A program made the position numbers and the translations under genes. The notes beneath the pieces were generated by a model. It saw only the letters and a list, made by a program, of their open reading frames with translations. It did not search any database and was not told where the DNA came from. Positions 33,981 to 48,174 of a stretch of DNA of 64,000 nt are shown here, in pieces (position 1 is the first letter of the stretch; each line of letters begins with the position of its first letter). Where the stretch lies: positions 258,478,001 through 258,542,000 of the forward strand of contig CM126205.1 of the NCBI GenBank assembly GCA_052327205.1, written 5' to 3'. The stretch is from Somniosus microcephalus (taxonomy: Eukaryota).

Positions 33981-35577
33981 TACTAGAAAGGCTGGGCATG
34001 CTTAGCGTGGATAAGTTGCCTGGTCCAGATGGCTTGCATCCCAGGTTGCTAAGGGAATTGGGGGAGGAGATAGTGGAAGGGTTTGCCATAATTTTTCAAT
34101 CTTCCCTAAATGCGGGGGAGGTGCCTGAGGATTGGAAAGTAGCAAATGTGACACCATTGTTCAAGAAAGGGTGTAAGGACAATCCTAGTAACTACAGGCT
34201 GGTCAGTTTAACATCAGTGGTGGGTAAAGTTTTAGAAACAAGTTTTTCCTTGATTTTTAACGGGCACTTGGAGAGGTTTAAGCAAATTAAGGAGAGCCAA
34301 CATGGATTTGTAAAAGGTAGATCGTGTTTGACTAATCTAATTGAATTTTTTGATGAAGTAACAGGGAGGATTGATGAAGGGAATGCAATGGATGTTGTCT
34401 ACATGGATTTTTGGAAGGCATGTGACAAAGTACCACCTAGAAGGCTGCTTAACAAAATTGAGGCTCATGGAATAGGTGGGTCAGTGGCAGCTTGGATAAG
34501 GAATTGGCTTAAGGACAGAAAACAGCGAGTTGTGGTAAATGGCTGTTTTTCAGACTAGAGGATGGTAGACAATGGGTTTCCCCAAGGGTCACTGCTTTTT
34601 TTGTTAAACCTGGATATTCGAATACAGAGTAGAATTTCTAAATTTGCCGATGACACCAAACTTGGCGGTGTGGCAAACGGTGAGGATGATGCCAATCGAC
34701 TGAAACAGGACATAGAAAGACTAGTAGAATGGGCAGACAAGTGACAGATGGAATTTAATACAGAGAAGTGTGAGGTGATGCATTTTGGCAGAAGGAACAG
34801 GGAGAGGCAATATACAGTTAATGGCACAGTTTTAAAGAGTGTGCAGGGACAGATGGACCTGGGAGTTAATGTGCATAGGTCCCTGAAGGTGGCTGGACAT
34901 ACTGAGAGAGTGGTTAGCAAAGCATATGGGATCTTGGGCTTCATAAATAGAGGTATTGAGTACAAAAGTAGAGAAGTTATGCTGAACCTTTATAAAGCGC
35001 TGTTTACGCAACAACTGAAGTATTGCATCCAGTTCTGGTCACCACACTTTAGGAAGGATGTGAAGGCACTTGAGAGGGAATAGAGGAGATTTACCAGAAT
35101 GGTTCCGGGGATGGGGATCTTAGCTACAAGGACAGGTTGGAGAAGCTGGATTTGCTTTCATTAGAGCAAAGGAGGTTGCAGGGTGATTTGATAGAGATGT
35201 ACAAGATTATGACAGATTTGGATAGACATGGGGAAAGTCTGTTCCCACTAGTTGACGGTACAAGGACTAGGGGACACAGATTTAAGGTTTTGGGCAAGAG
35301 ATACAGGGGGTATGTGAGGAAAACTTTTTTACGCAGCGAGTGGTGAGGACCTGGAACTCGCTGCGGACGGACGTGGTGGAAGCGGACACACTCAATGTTT
35401 TCAAGGGGAGACTGGATAGACACTTGGAAATAAACTTGCAGGGCTACGGAGATAGAACGGGGGAATGGGACTGACTGAATTGTTATACAGAGAGCCAGCA
35501 CGGACTCGATGGGCCAAATGACGACGACCTGTGCCGTTATGACTGTATATGAAGAGACAATGAAAAAGTTCTGTTTT

Positions 35578-35672
35578 GCAACAGTGACTCCACTTCAAAA
35601 GTACTCCATTGGCTGTAAAGCGCTTTGAGACGTCGGGTGGTAGTGAAAGGTGCTATATAAATGCAAGTCTTC
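35578..35672 (+). mobile_element. 3' tail fragment of SacSINE1-like SINE
   Basis: Matches the reverse complement of 7101-7200 (ACAGTGACT..CTTCAAAAGTACT..ATTGGCTGTAAAGCGCTTT..GCTATATAAATGCAAGTCTT). Confidence 0.8.
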
Positions 35673-37632
35673 CTTCTTCCTTTACTTCAGGAAACCATCA
35701 TTAAACAGGACTGCTGTGAGTAAATAGATTAGTTAAGTGATGGTAGCCACGTTTATTGTAAAAGAAAACCAAGCAAATTAGTCAGCCTGTGGTTATTTTT
35801 CAAGTTTAAAAGGTTCCATTTTTTTTTTAGTGCTCACTATTGCACTGCAGGTGATTGGACCTGAGCTTTTCTTCATGCATGGTTCAAGGATGTATGGCTT
35901 GAATTACAGAATTCTCGAGAATTGTGATTGTTACATGAAGGTGGAAACTCTGGTGAAATGCTGGCAGCTCTCATCACATATTTTTGGTCACAACTTTAAT
36001 TTTACTATGAGGTGCTGTTGGAAAAACTCAGCGAACAGCAAAGTGATGTGACCCAGACTGTCAGCCATTTTGTCGTGGTGAAGGCATTCCTTCCTAGGCA
36101 AGGAACAGTAAGTTAACCAACTCCCAGAGTCATTGTTGGGTCATAATTTGTGGAGAAACTGCATTTGGAGTAACCAAGGTAGCTGCATTCCCTCCTGAGC
36201 AGTGCTTTTGGTAGAAGGTTTGTGGTGCTGTATCTAATTTGTTCAGAATCTGCCAAGGAAGGGAGAAATCAAATAAAGTGAAAATATGTTTCTGAAGCTG
36301 ATGAAATTATGCTGATCAGGGCAAATCTTGCCTCAGTAAATGCGTGTTTTGTTTTTTCTTAAAATATGCCATGATTTTATCTTTGAACTTCAAGAGTGGA
36401 GTTTCCTCTAAATGCATTAACCAGCTTGGCCGTCCATATGGTGTGACAAGTGAAATTAGATTGAATTGACTGTGGCAAGTGTGGTAGCTGCCCAGCTGCC
36501 TGAACTTGGCAGTGCTCAAGGCTTTAGTACTGTAGGTATCTAAAGCCCATCTGTCATTTACTTAAATGCATTTTCAATTTGGGATTTCTGTAATTTCTTG
36601 TATAACCTTATTTTACTGGGTTTCTTTCTCTCATTTTTCTTTGAGAATATCCAGCTTTCACTGGTTGCTTTACACAGTTAAGTTTGTTGGAGCATCGAAA
36701 GATAGATCGTGCATAGGCACATTTGTAGGTGTTGAAATTTCTGCTCTGTTGATGTACTAGTCGATAACCTAATGGAATCAAAGTGTTCAGGTTCGAAGAT
36801 GGAATATGCAAGTGTGTATATTTGTGACTTCAGTATGTAACCAATCATTTTCTGTGAGTTGTGGTGTTTTCACTTCTTTAAAAAGTATTGTAAGTCTCAT
36901 CTGGTGGAACACTGACTTTTGTAACTATGCTCCATTTGCTTGAAGCATTACTCCCAGCTCTTGATTAAAGTCCTGTATGTATTTATTTATTTATTTATTT
37001 ATTTAATAATCTATAAGCCATATGTCCCAACTGAACTTTTCTCTGCGCTAACTAGAATTGTGGGTGAATGTGCTGTCAGCAGGTTGCAAACCCCAATCAG
37101 AATATTGTGCTGTGACACTTGTACAATGCTCCACTTTCCGTTATGTGCATTTCTATGTATTTGCCTTGATGTTTTATGGTCTTTAAAGTTTCTACAGTAC
37201 ATAATTCTGAAAAAAAAATTGTGAATTGGAGATTGTCTTAATGACTATTTTATGTTTGCACCCTGGCTAAATGACATTTTCACAGCAGTACTGGAACTTG
37301 ATAGGAAACCCAGAAACGCACACTTTTGTGGAATACTGGTTTTGTCATTTTTCTGCCCATAGGTGTGTTTGGACTTGACTTTGCCCATTAACTTTGTGAG
37401 TGTGATGTTTTTAATGATGTGGGGATTGGGCATTTCAGGATTGAAACCAACCAGAATTCCTATATATAAACTGGGGGCATGAGATGTTGTAAGAAATGTT
37501 GCCACAGTGTAAGGATTCATTTTAAATTGGCTACATATGCAAAGCACTGCCATGATTTGAATATTTGTTGGCTTTTAGGCCTCAAACGTATCTAGTTCAT
37601 AAATAACATAATTTTCAATTTTCTGTTTTCAG

Positions 37633-37726
37633 GAAATTAACAGGTCATTCGTTTCACATGGGCTACAACATGGCAATCCTGAATGGCATCACCACAGCTT
37701 TGGCTGTAATTTGGTGGTTCACCTGA
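37633..37726 (+). CDS. ARL6IP6: Last coding exon of ADP-ribosylation factor-like 6 interacting protein 6
   Basis: Strong acceptor TTTTCTGTTTTCAG|G then [30 protein letters not shown], matching the vertebrate C-terminus as I recall it ([30 protein letters not shown]). Earlier exons were not found in the window. Confidence 0.9.
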
Positions 37727-37960
37727 AATCAACTTTGCCAATAACATTGACTTCTCTGTCAATAATGACTACTGCTGACCTCTATCCAGGCAAGCAAGCT
37801 TTCTTCTGGAAATAATGACACTCCTAAGAGGACAGTGAGAAATGAAGATACCTGATTTTTCTTTTAATGATCTAACTCCAAGATGAACTTTGTATATTTC
37901 TCTCTCCACGGATGCTGCCTGGCCTGCTGAGTGTTTCCAGCATTTCCTGTTAATTGTGTA

Positions 37961-38316
37961 CAGGAAACTTTGTTTATATCTGGCACCGACGGGACCGAGC
38001 TGTTGCCGATCTATCAAAACTGCCGGACATACCAGCGTTAATGTTGAAGCATACGGAGATTTGCAGCTCCGTATCTGGCAACAAACGCTGTTGCTTAGCA
38101 ACAGCTTCTAAACAGTCTGCTGTACCTTGGAAGCGTCTCTGAAGCTGTTGCTAAGCTACAGAGAGACTTTGCAGAGCCTGATTGTTGGGGAAAAAAAGCC
38201 ACGAGAAGGAAAAAAAAAAGCCACGAGAAGAAAAAAAACCTAAAAACGGCTCCTGATTTCTGCCGGTAGATCGAGGTTTCCGGACATACAACCTCTGGAT
38301 AAACCAAAGTCTCCTG
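37961..38316. mobile_element. TA-targeting MITE, copy 4 (in the probable ARL6IP6 3' UTR)
   Basis: TA|CAGGAAACTTTG...CAAAGTCTCCTG|TA; palindromes at 38090 and 38147. Confidence 0.92.
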
Positions 38317-39864
38317 TATATACTATTGGATATTAATCTATTGACACTGGATTTAGCATTAATGCTGTTCTTTCTCATTCTGTTCAGTTGTGTTTTTTAA
38401 GTTGCAGTTTGAAACCTTTTATTAGTTTGTGAATAAAACCAGTTTTTTTTTGGTCGGTAGAGAAATTGTCAAGATTGTTTTGGCAAGAGTTCTTAATCTT
38501 ACGATGACAAAATCCACTTGTGACTTTAATCTTTCACTATAGACAATGAAATGGAGGATTGTAACTGTATGCTTGGTCTTTTTATCACATGTTTGAATTG
38601 CATTTGTGTAAGTTTCATGTTAGTGACTTCCTGAGTATCCAAAACAATTACAGCTGCAGGCTGTACTTTTTATTGCTGACCTCAAATCTATGCAAATAGT
38701 GCAACTTGACCTGCAGATGTGTGTGGTATTTTAACCTTTTTCTTTATCCTTCCCAGTACTCTACGCTGCTCTTCTGGTCACTGAACACTAACCTGTTAGC
38801 TCAGTAACTTAAACTAGTTGAGTCCGATCTATCTGATCTTCAATGTCCTTAATCTCACATCGTCATAAGTGTGTGCTAACATGACTGGGGGAACTATCTT
38901 GTCTTTTTTAAAATAAACTTGAGGCATCTTAATAAAACTGATATTGAAAATGGCATGCTCATCCATAAACATGGTTGTTTTACCTCCATTCTTAAAACCA
39001 CTCCATAATATTCTCACTTTATTTGATTGCTTAGTCCTGCCGTCAAACCAAGTCTTTCAGTACCTTATCAAAACTGATATGTTGAAAACTACAGTTTGCT
39101 TTTAAATATTCAGTCGTCACCCCAAAATCCTTCTCAGATTTTTATATAACTTAAGTATTGCTGTCAATACTCTGGTTATTGTACAAATCAGGTGAGATTT
39201 TTATACAATTTTTCTAGTGACACTTCACCAATACAATGAGTCCATTTCTACACAAGGACTGGGGTTCACAATTGATTTGCCTAATTACTCATGCCACAGA
39301 ATATTTATTGGTTTTTGTACTTTTTTTTCCCCCCACAAATTTATCTCTTGTGGCATTGCTCAAGGGCAAAAAATCCTCTTCCTGCTACTTTTCTATCTGT
39401 TATTTTGCTCTCTCTTTTCCCTCTTCCCCACTCCCACTCTCACTTTTGTACTGTATCCAGAGCCACAATTGTGTCCAATATTGGCACATCAGAACTACTG
39501 CGGCATATGCCTGTTAGAGGATATCTGAAGGCCAAGTTTGGGAGGGAGCAGCTAGAATGGACGGGGATAAAATGCAACATAGGTGGGTTGGGGAGCATGT
39601 CTCTCATCTGATTTTTGTTTCCTAATATGCAGTCACGTGGGTATTCTGGACCATTGAGATGGCTACAATTTTTATAATGTGGGTACTAGTTTCCATTCAA
39701 ATTAGTTTTATAAAATATAATGATGAGCTCTATTTGTCAGCACTTTTATCATGGGGATCAAGGGAGAGGGAAGCTCACTTTTCTAATTAACAAAGGTAGA
39801 ACCTCTGAACTTTAATACAGCCTCATTGAGGTCATTGATATTTTTTGAATAGATTCTAAATCTA

Positions 39865-40197
39865 CAGGAAACTTTCGATTTACCGGCACCTAAATAACCA
39901 GAAATCTCGGTTAACCGGCAAAATTCAGGAGTAGGTTCAGGTAAGTTTTACTTCATATTCTACTTGCCTTCCTCGATCTGTTGCTGTGCAAGGGTGTGGC
40001 TGCAGCTGTTGCTAAGCTACAGAGACGCTTGGAACTTATGGCCATTGTTCTGAACCTGTTGCTAAGCAACAGGGTTTGTTGCTTTATACGGAGCTCTCGG
40101 CTCTCGTATCTTTTACTATAGCTTTCGGTTATCCGGAATTTTTGATGAACCGGCACCACGTCGGTCCCGTTGGTGCCGGATAAAAAAAAGTTTCCTG
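39865..40197. mobile_element. TA-targeting MITE, copy 5
   Basis: TA|CAGGAAACTTT...AAAGTTTCCTG|TA; palindromes at 40008 and 40058. Confidence 0.92.
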
Positions 40198-40549
40198 TAG
40201 CAAGATTAAACTTGATTGGTAGGAAATATTAAGTTGTGATCTCCTCAGTTGTGACCTGATAGACACTATCCTACTGCTACAGTGACCTTTTTTAAAAAAA
40301 AAAAATTTTTAAATAGAAAGATGTTTACTTTTTTAGTACAAATGTTATTAAATGTTTGCTGACTTCATGCCAATTTAAATAAAGAATTTTGGTGGCATGT
40401 TCATATTTTGAGATGCCTATAGATGTTGTAATAAGTATGGCCTCGTGCTATTCAGTCAAATCACTGATTCTAAGAACTACTGTAAGTGGGAAATCATTTG
40501 TCAATTCAGTAAGGTTAAAGAATTGTAAACCGGTTTACATTTATATTCA

Positions 40550-43533
40550 TCTTCATTGTTTTTCATTGCTTTCTGCCTCCCTTCTCGTGTTTGTTCAGGT
40601 ATCTACCAAAACTTGCTTTCACAGCCACATATCTTTCCTCAGCAACTGTCTTTGGCTCCGACTTATTCCACGTGGATTCCAACTGAAATTCCAGCCTACG
40701 TGTTTTGGATCCACACACGACTACAGATATCTCCAAGATATTCAGCGTTCCTCGAACCACTGCTCTCGCCGTATCCTGAGATCTACGCTGAATGCCATGC
40801 GCCGCCACTTGAACACTCTCGACCTCTCCAGCAGCACTGACTCACTCTATCTCAAAGCTGTCCTGGTCAGCAGTTCCATTTCATCCTTCGCTTCATCCGG
40901 CGCTTTTAACAAAACTTTTTTTCTTCCTTTCAAGTGTCAAGGATCGCAAGCTTCAACAACTCTTGGACACCAACACCCCTCCAGAACCACCTTCCTCTGA
41001 TCCCATCCCTTCTTCCGATCTCACCCCCTGCCGTGTTTTCACTATCCCCTCTGACCCCGAGCTTCATCCTCTTACACCCCCATCTCAATGAATTTCGAGC
41101 TCTTTTTCCGCCACCTTCGTCTCCGTGCTCACTTCTTTGGCCAGGAGTCACCCCACCCCCAACCTCCCGCACAGCTGACCCTTTCTCCCGTTTTCAGAAT
41201 TCTCGTTCTACCTGGTCCCCTCCCTCTGGTCTCTAACAGCTGCAGAGCTTTTCATTGCAAACTGCAGGCGTGACATCAGCCGTCTCAATTTCTGTGCTCC
41301 CCTCACTCACTCCAACCTACCTCCCTCTGAACTTGCAGTACTCCATTCTCTTAGATCCAACCCCAACATTGTCATTAAACCTGCTGACAAGGGTGGTGGT
41401 GCTGTTGTTTGGCGAACCGACCTCTACCTCGCGGAGGCTGAACGCCAACTCTCCGACACCTCCGCCTGGACCATGATGCCACTACCGAACATCGAGCCAT
41501 TGTTTCCAAGACCGTCACTGACCTCATCTCCTCTGGAGGTTTTCCCTCCACGGTCGCCAACCTCCTAGTTCCCCAACCCCGCACAGCCCGCTTCTACCTC
41601 CTTCCCAAGATCCACAAACAGGACTGCCCTGGTAGACCCATCGTTCCAGCATGTTCTTGCCCCACGGAACTTATCTCTTCCTATCTCGACTTTTTTCTCC
41701 CCTTGTCCAGTCTCTTCCCACCTACATCCGCGACTCATCCAACGCCCTCCGCCACTTTAAACAGTTTCCTGATCCCAACCGTCTCCTTTTCACTATGGTC
41801 GTCCAATCCCTATACACCTCCATCCCCCACCAGGATGGCCTGAGGGCACTCCGCTTCTTCCTTGAACAGAGGCCCAACCAGTCCCCATTCACCACCACCC
41901 TCCTCCGTCTGGCTGAACTTGTTCTCACATTGAACAACTTTTCCTTTGACTCCACTCACTTCCTCCAAATTAAAGGTGTTACTATGGGAACCCGCATGGG
42001 TCCTAGCTATGCCTGCCTTTTCATGGGATATGTGGAACATTCTTTGTTCCAGTCCTACTCAGGCCTCCTCCTTCACCTCTTTTTCCGGTACATTGATGAC
42101 TGTATCGGTGCTGTTTCCTGCTCTCGCCCTGAACTAGAAAATTTAATTGACTTTGCTTCCAATTTCCAGCCTTCCCTCGCCTTCACGTGGTTCATCTCGA
42201 CTCTTCCCTTCCTCGACTTCTCTGTCTCCATCTCTGGGGATAGGCTATTGACAAACATTCACTACAAGACCACTGACTCCCACAGCTACCTGGACTACAC
42301 TTCCTCCCGCCCCGCTTCCTGTAAGTACTCTCTTCCATTCTCCCACTTTCTCTGCCTTCACAGCATCTGCTCTGACGATGCCACCTTCCATACTAGTGCT
42401 TCCGACATGTCTTCCTTTTTCCTCAACCGAGGTTTCGCCTCTGCTGTGGTTGACACGGCCCTTGACTGTGTCCGTTCTATTTCCTGCACTTCTGCTCTCA
42501 CCCCTTCCCCTCCCTCCCGGAACCACGATAGGGTTCCCCTTGTCCTCACCTTTCACCCCACCAGCCTCCATATTCAACGGATCATTCCCCCGCCATTTCA
42601 GCCACCTCCAGCGTGATCCCACCACCAAACACATCTTCCCCTCACCTCCCCTTTCAGCATTACGAAAGGATCGCTCCCTCTGCGACACCCTGGTCCACTC
42701 CTCATCACCCTAAACAACCCTTCCCCTTCGCTCAGCACCTTCCCGTGCAAGCGCAGGAGATGCAACACATGCCCTTTTACCTCCTTCCCACTGTCCAGGG
42801 CCCCAAACACTCCTTCCAGGTGAAACAGCGATTTACTTGTACTCCTTGCAATTTAGTATACTGTATTCATTGCTCACGATGCGGTCTCTACATTGGGGAG
42901 ACCAAACGCAGATTGGGTGACTGCTTTGCGGAACATCTCCGTTCAGTCAGTAAGGGTGACCCCGAGCTTCCAATCACCTGTTACTTTAATTCCCCGCGCC
43001 ACTCCCACTCAGACCTCACCGTCCTCGGCCTCTTGCACTGTTCCAATGAAGCTCAACGTAAGCTCAAGGAACAGCACCTTATCTTTCGATTGGGCACTTT
43101 ACAGCCTTCTGGACTCAACATCGACTTCAACAATTTCAGACCATAACCTCTGCCCCAATCTTTTTTTCCATTTTTTTTCTCTCACATGGCAGCTGCCTTT
43201 CATGCTGCCAGTGCCATTTACACTTCAGCTACAGCCATCTTTTGTTTCTTAACTTGTCCCATTACCATCTCCTTTTGCCTTGCACCATCATCCCTTTTGT
43301 CTCTTAATCTCTCCTGCCTTCCATCCGATCACAGACCTTCCCCTTTGTTCTTTCTTTCCCTGCCCCTGCACTTGCTTAAAAACCTGTTCCATCTCCAGCT
43401 TTTTCCAGTTCTGATGAAGGGTCATCGACCTGAAACGTTAACTCTTGTTTCTTTCTCCACAGATGCTGAGTTTTTCCAGCATTTTCTGTTTTTATTTCAG
43501 ATTTCCAGCATCTGCAGTATTTTGCTTTTGTGT
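40550..43533 (+). mobile_element. Near full-length Penelope-like element, frameshifted
   Basis: IKPADKG, FY.LPKIHK, V.SLYTSIP, GVTMGTRMGPSYA, FRYIDD, LPFLD; GIY-YIG NLVYCIHC..YIGET; ends GLNIDFNNF; followed by pLTR. Confidence 0.92.
43407..43443 (+). ncRNA. Minimal hammerhead-ribozyme-like motif in pLTR
   Basis: AGUU-CUGAUGA-AGGGUC-AUC-GACCU-GAAACGUU-AACU: stem I AGUU/AACU and palindromic AACGUU stem III. Confidence 0.65.
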
Positions 43534-44639
43534 TACATTTATATTTAATGTTTTAGGTGGGGTAAAATTGCTTTTTAAACCATAAAATCTTATTTTATTT
43601 TGACTGTAGAAGATGGCATCTTTGCAAATGGCTACGAAACAACCCTTCCATTAGTCAAATATTGAAGTAGCCTACATTTTGAAATCTGCATGCATTGTCA
43701 CTCATCACCATTTATGGAATAGAGTTGATTCAAGGCTTGAGACTGGTATATCAGGGATTTTAAACTTGCTTCATTACAGAACTGAATTTTTTTTTGTACT
43801 AAAATAGCCAGGAGAGAATTGAAAGTGATAATTTCAAACTTCACTCATGATTTGTGATGCCTTCAGAGCTCAGATGTGCGATGTTGTACTTTTCTATACC
43901 TAATGCAACATTTTTAAGTAAGTTATAACAACAATTTTGAATGTAACAGCATTCTTAAACACTTTGAAAGATATTGGTAGAAGTGTAAAAAATGAAATGT
44001 TTTATTAACTTTGGAAAGGGCATTTTTGTTACTGTATTACGGATTACTGTTACTGATTGAAGCTAATTTGTAGTGAATGTACAGAATTGCTGTAATCTCT
44101 CAATGTGTGTTTCAGCTACTGTTAAATAAAGGCAATTTACTGTTAAACTGTTTCCATATAATTCACATAGCTATTGCTATACTGTTGGGGTAGGGTAAAG
44201 AAGCTGGCTGTGTGGGCTCACCTTTGATTCCCCTGAAAAGCTGAGTACCTGTTCTCTGTGCTCTCCAACAGCAATACAGTGCTTCCCTATAGGGAATGAA
44301 AAATGGAAAGAGATTAATCTTGCCATACTCCTCTAGACCTCTGAGCAGCTTCAAGTATGGGTAGAAACTGAGCCTATCTGGAGAAAACTTGCATTCCTTG
44401 CTATTCCATTGTGGCGACATTTGACTATTGTAGCAGAAATTGGTTCCAGTTTTAATTGAATATACTTGCACTGAATTGACAAAGCTCGAGCATACAAATG
44501 TTACTATATTACTCCAGAATGTAGAGTTGAGGTATAGTTTTTTATTAATGACAATAACGAGGAATGCAACAGTATTCTCTAGATAGGCTCAGTTTGTACC
44601 TATACATGAAGCTGCTCAGAGGTCCAGAGGAATATGGCA

Positions 44640-45400
44640 AGATTTACCTTCTGCTAGAACTGCTGTAATCCTTGTGGGGATGGTGCTCCCACAATAGCTC
44701 CCTCCTATGTAGGGAATTACAGGATACTGACTGATTGAGGGAATGAATATGCATATCCAAGTCAAGATGGTGTGTGACTTAAGAAGGAACTTCGAAGTTA
44801 TAGTGTTCCCACAACATTGCTGCTCTTGTCTTTCTTGGTGGTAGATGTTCTCGGGGAGGGAGGTGCTGTCAAAGTAACCTTTTGAGTTGCTGCTGTGCAT
44901 CCTATAGTTCATGCATACTGCAGCCACTGTGCACCAGTGGTGGCGGGGACAGCAGAGATGCCAATCAAGCAAACTGCTTTGTTCTGGATGTTGTTGAGCT
45001 TATTGTGGTGTTGGGCCGACTCCCATTCGAGTGAGTGATGAGTATTCCATCACACTCTTCACTTGAGCCTTGTAGTTGGCGGAGGGCTGTGAAGAGTCGG
45101 GAACAATGTTCCCTATAAGGTGCATGGCTGCGCACCTCTCTGCCGGGACCAGTTTTATCAATGCGAAGTTTTGCGTATGTGCGGAACTGTGAATGGGCTG
45201 TGCAGTCCCTTTAAAGGGGCCGCGCACCCCCAAAAAATTAAGAGGGAACATTGGTGAACAACTTGTCGCGGGGTAACCAGTTTCTGCCCTGCTCTTGTAG
45301 CTGCAGTGTTGACATGGCTGGTCCAATTAAACTTCTGTTCAATCGTTACCCCCATTACGGTGATGGTGGGGGAAAAAAGTTTTATTGGATAATTTGAAAT
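44640..45400 (-). mobile_element. Decayed LINE fragment, same family as 5375-6120
   Basis: MGVTIEQKFNWTSHVN, YKAQVKSVMEYSSL remnants. Confidence 0.8.
45104..45253. mobile_element. 150-bp MITE, hAT-like ends, inserted in the LINE
   Basis: TIRs CAATGTTCCCTATAA / TTAAGAGGGAACATTG; no clear TSD. Confidence 0.7.
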
Positions 45401-48174
45401 GGCTAAAGATGATGATGGCATTTTTCGCTGTAGTTTATACGCAACATCCTATTGTGGTTCAATAAAAAATTTTCAACAAAAATAACCTGAATTTTTGTTC
45501 TGTATTTCTGTTGAAATTTGATCAAAGCTGTACCGTATGTATGTATTGCGTGCTCAATAATGAACTTACTTTACAGTCAAATAATGACCAACAAAGCTTT
45601 TCAATGCAACTGGTCATTGACGATGTCAACTAAATGTTTATTATGTGAGCATTCATAATATTTGAAAACAAATTGGCACTTTTTTTTTTAAGTGCCAGAG
45701 GAGTAATGGGTGATTTAGTCTCAAACCTGGGCAGGTAATGGGAATGTATTGTGCTTGCCAATTTAAATGAAATAATGAAATGGCAATGTATATTTCAGCT
45801 CTTCCCTTGAATCAGGCCATTCTGCCAGCATGTTGTAGATGTAGGTGTATTATGTTGGACATCTACTTTAAAAGATTTGTCAATGAATTTCTTTCCCTTA
45901 ATTTGGTTGTAGGGCTGCCTGTCAGTAACCTATACAAGTCCCTACTTGAGGCAGTCTTCTATAAGTACAGCTGTTAGCAATGTTTTAGGGTTACATGTCT
46001 TCATACCATTCATGTAACACAAATTATTCTTTCACCAATCTTAGATATTTTATAGAAAATGATTCCATGCTGTCTTTGTAATTATTGAAGCAAGAGGAAA
46101 ACACTTTCAGTTCATACTGGCTTCTGTTGGGGCAGGGATGGAAGAGGCTCTTTAAAACAAAGGACCTAATAATTAGTTGGAATATGTCGAATTAATTTTC
46201 CGACAATCTAATACAGACCACTTACATTTTCAAAGCTCAATTTCAAACAAAATGTCAAGTATCATTTCTATTCAAACTTCTTTCAATTCTACATATTCAT
46301 TGTATTTTAAAGTTACTGAGTGTGTCACAAAATTCCATTTCAGAATGCATTGAGAAGTTCTATGCCATTCCACCTCGATGGGAAAGCCTATTAGAAAAGT
46401 GTCAATATTTACCTGTTGAACCTGGTAGGTGGTGCTTTGATTGCCATTTCTAATGGTAAAAGCTCTGTCACACAGTTAATGCAAACCCCAGCACAGTAAC
46501 TATTCTTGCTCTTAAAAGTCAGCATGTGTGTGAGTATGCAGCTCTAACAAATTCGCAACTTAAAAAAAAAAAGTGCCCCAATGACTTAATAATCTGGCCT
46601 CTTCATACCCCCCATGCTCTAAGGTTCCCCATGTCCATGTGGCTGATGGTGTTGGTGGCACTAAAGCCCCAAATTGGTCCCTCTGATTAATTAATTAAAA
46701 TAAAATAGGTGGGCTGCTATCTCTACTCATGCTGTTCATTGATAGCTTGCCTAATTTTTTTGGGGGGGGTGCCTCAATATCACAGGTTGATGCCATTTAA
46801 AGGCAGCCTGCACCTCTTAAAGATGCAATACACTTTGGCTGCAGGCACCCATAACTGAAGATTGTGGGCAATGTCAGGCACAGGAGAATCTGCAAGGGCT
46901 CTCTGGTTTTTCTGACGCTGTGTTGGAGGTATTGGTGAAGGAAGTCGGCAGGAGGAGGGACAACTTCCACCCACCAGGAAGATATCAAGGCAAGTGCCCA
47001 ACACAAGTGGGAAGAGAGGGTCGGTGCCAGAAGTATCGCTCCCAGGATATGGTTGCAGTGCAGGAAAAAGTGGAATGACCTGACAAGGTTAGCTAAGGTA
47101 AGCCTCCTAACTCGTATCTCTCATTACTCTGGTTAACCTTAACTAGCTGTTGCCGTGGCACTCGCAACCCTTCTCACACGGTTACCAACCCTTTCCTCCA
47201 ATGATTGCAGCACACTTAACTTCACCTCCTTCAGATGATCCTGCAGCACTCTGCACCTGCTGCTCTCCTCAATATTATTTCATCACCTCCTCACACCTCT
47301 GCCACCTTTAACACGAGCAACGCTATTCTACCCTGACATACACGTCCTGAAAACTTACTACTACAACAATGACACACTCCCTTATTTCTTGCAGCGCACA
47401 CTTGCACGCAGTAACTGGAAGTAGGCCACCATTCATCCATGTGCTGCCCCACTTGAACAGGTTATGGGCATTGTGGGCATGTCAGGAGCATAGCATCTGG
47501 TGAGGCTGCAGGAAAAGCCCTGTAGTGTTGTATACCATCTACCCCTCATTCCCTTCTCACTTAAATCTCAGCCTTGCATATTTTACATGACATTGCTGCT
47601 GTTTTCAGAAGCCACTCGTCTGTCTCTGCTTACCCATGCTATTGAATGCTAACCCTTGGCCCTATCTTCCATTACATATCCAGAAGCTCCACACAGCTCT
47701 CAGGGAGCAGAAGTGGTGCTGCAGCCACTGGGGAACCACCTCGGAGCATTAGAATACATAACTGCGCACACAAGACAGGCAGGCACTAGGCATTTGCACA
47801 GGAGTGCTTTGTAGATAGGCATCAGTCATGTAACCATTTGTCAAGATGTGTTTTTTGGAGTAGTGAAGGAAAATGATTTGTTTTGGTACTGCTGTTGATA
47901 TTCAGCCTTAGTGATGTAACAGGAACAAACATGAAGTTGTATATTTTGAGGGCATTGATCTGACGAGTGTTAGGGTTTGGTCTGATGGAAGGAGGGAGTG
48001 TTGGTGCTCTAGGGAGGGGATGGGTGGTTTAGGAGAATCTTTCCAGACTAATTTGCTGCCTTACTGCTCTGACAGCTTTTGCAATACTACTGTGTCATGT
48101 TCTTCCTCTGAATTCTCCGGTTCTTCATCTTCTAGCTCCACGTTTTCCTTTGCAGGAAGCGCCAAGACCACTCC

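Larger units (their letters stand above)
32990..35545 (+). mobile_element. 5'-truncated CR1 LINE with two MITE insertions, disrupted
   Basis: RT motifs in ORFs 33956-35346; removing each MITE plus one TA restores the frame (GAG GTA|CTA GAA); tail CTCGATGGGCCAAATG. Confidence 0.9.

Noticed and set aside
36380-36530. Possible conserved non-coding enhancer (also ~46300-46560)
   Set aside because: Looks non-repetitive and motif-rich, but conservation cannot be judged without a cross-species alignment.
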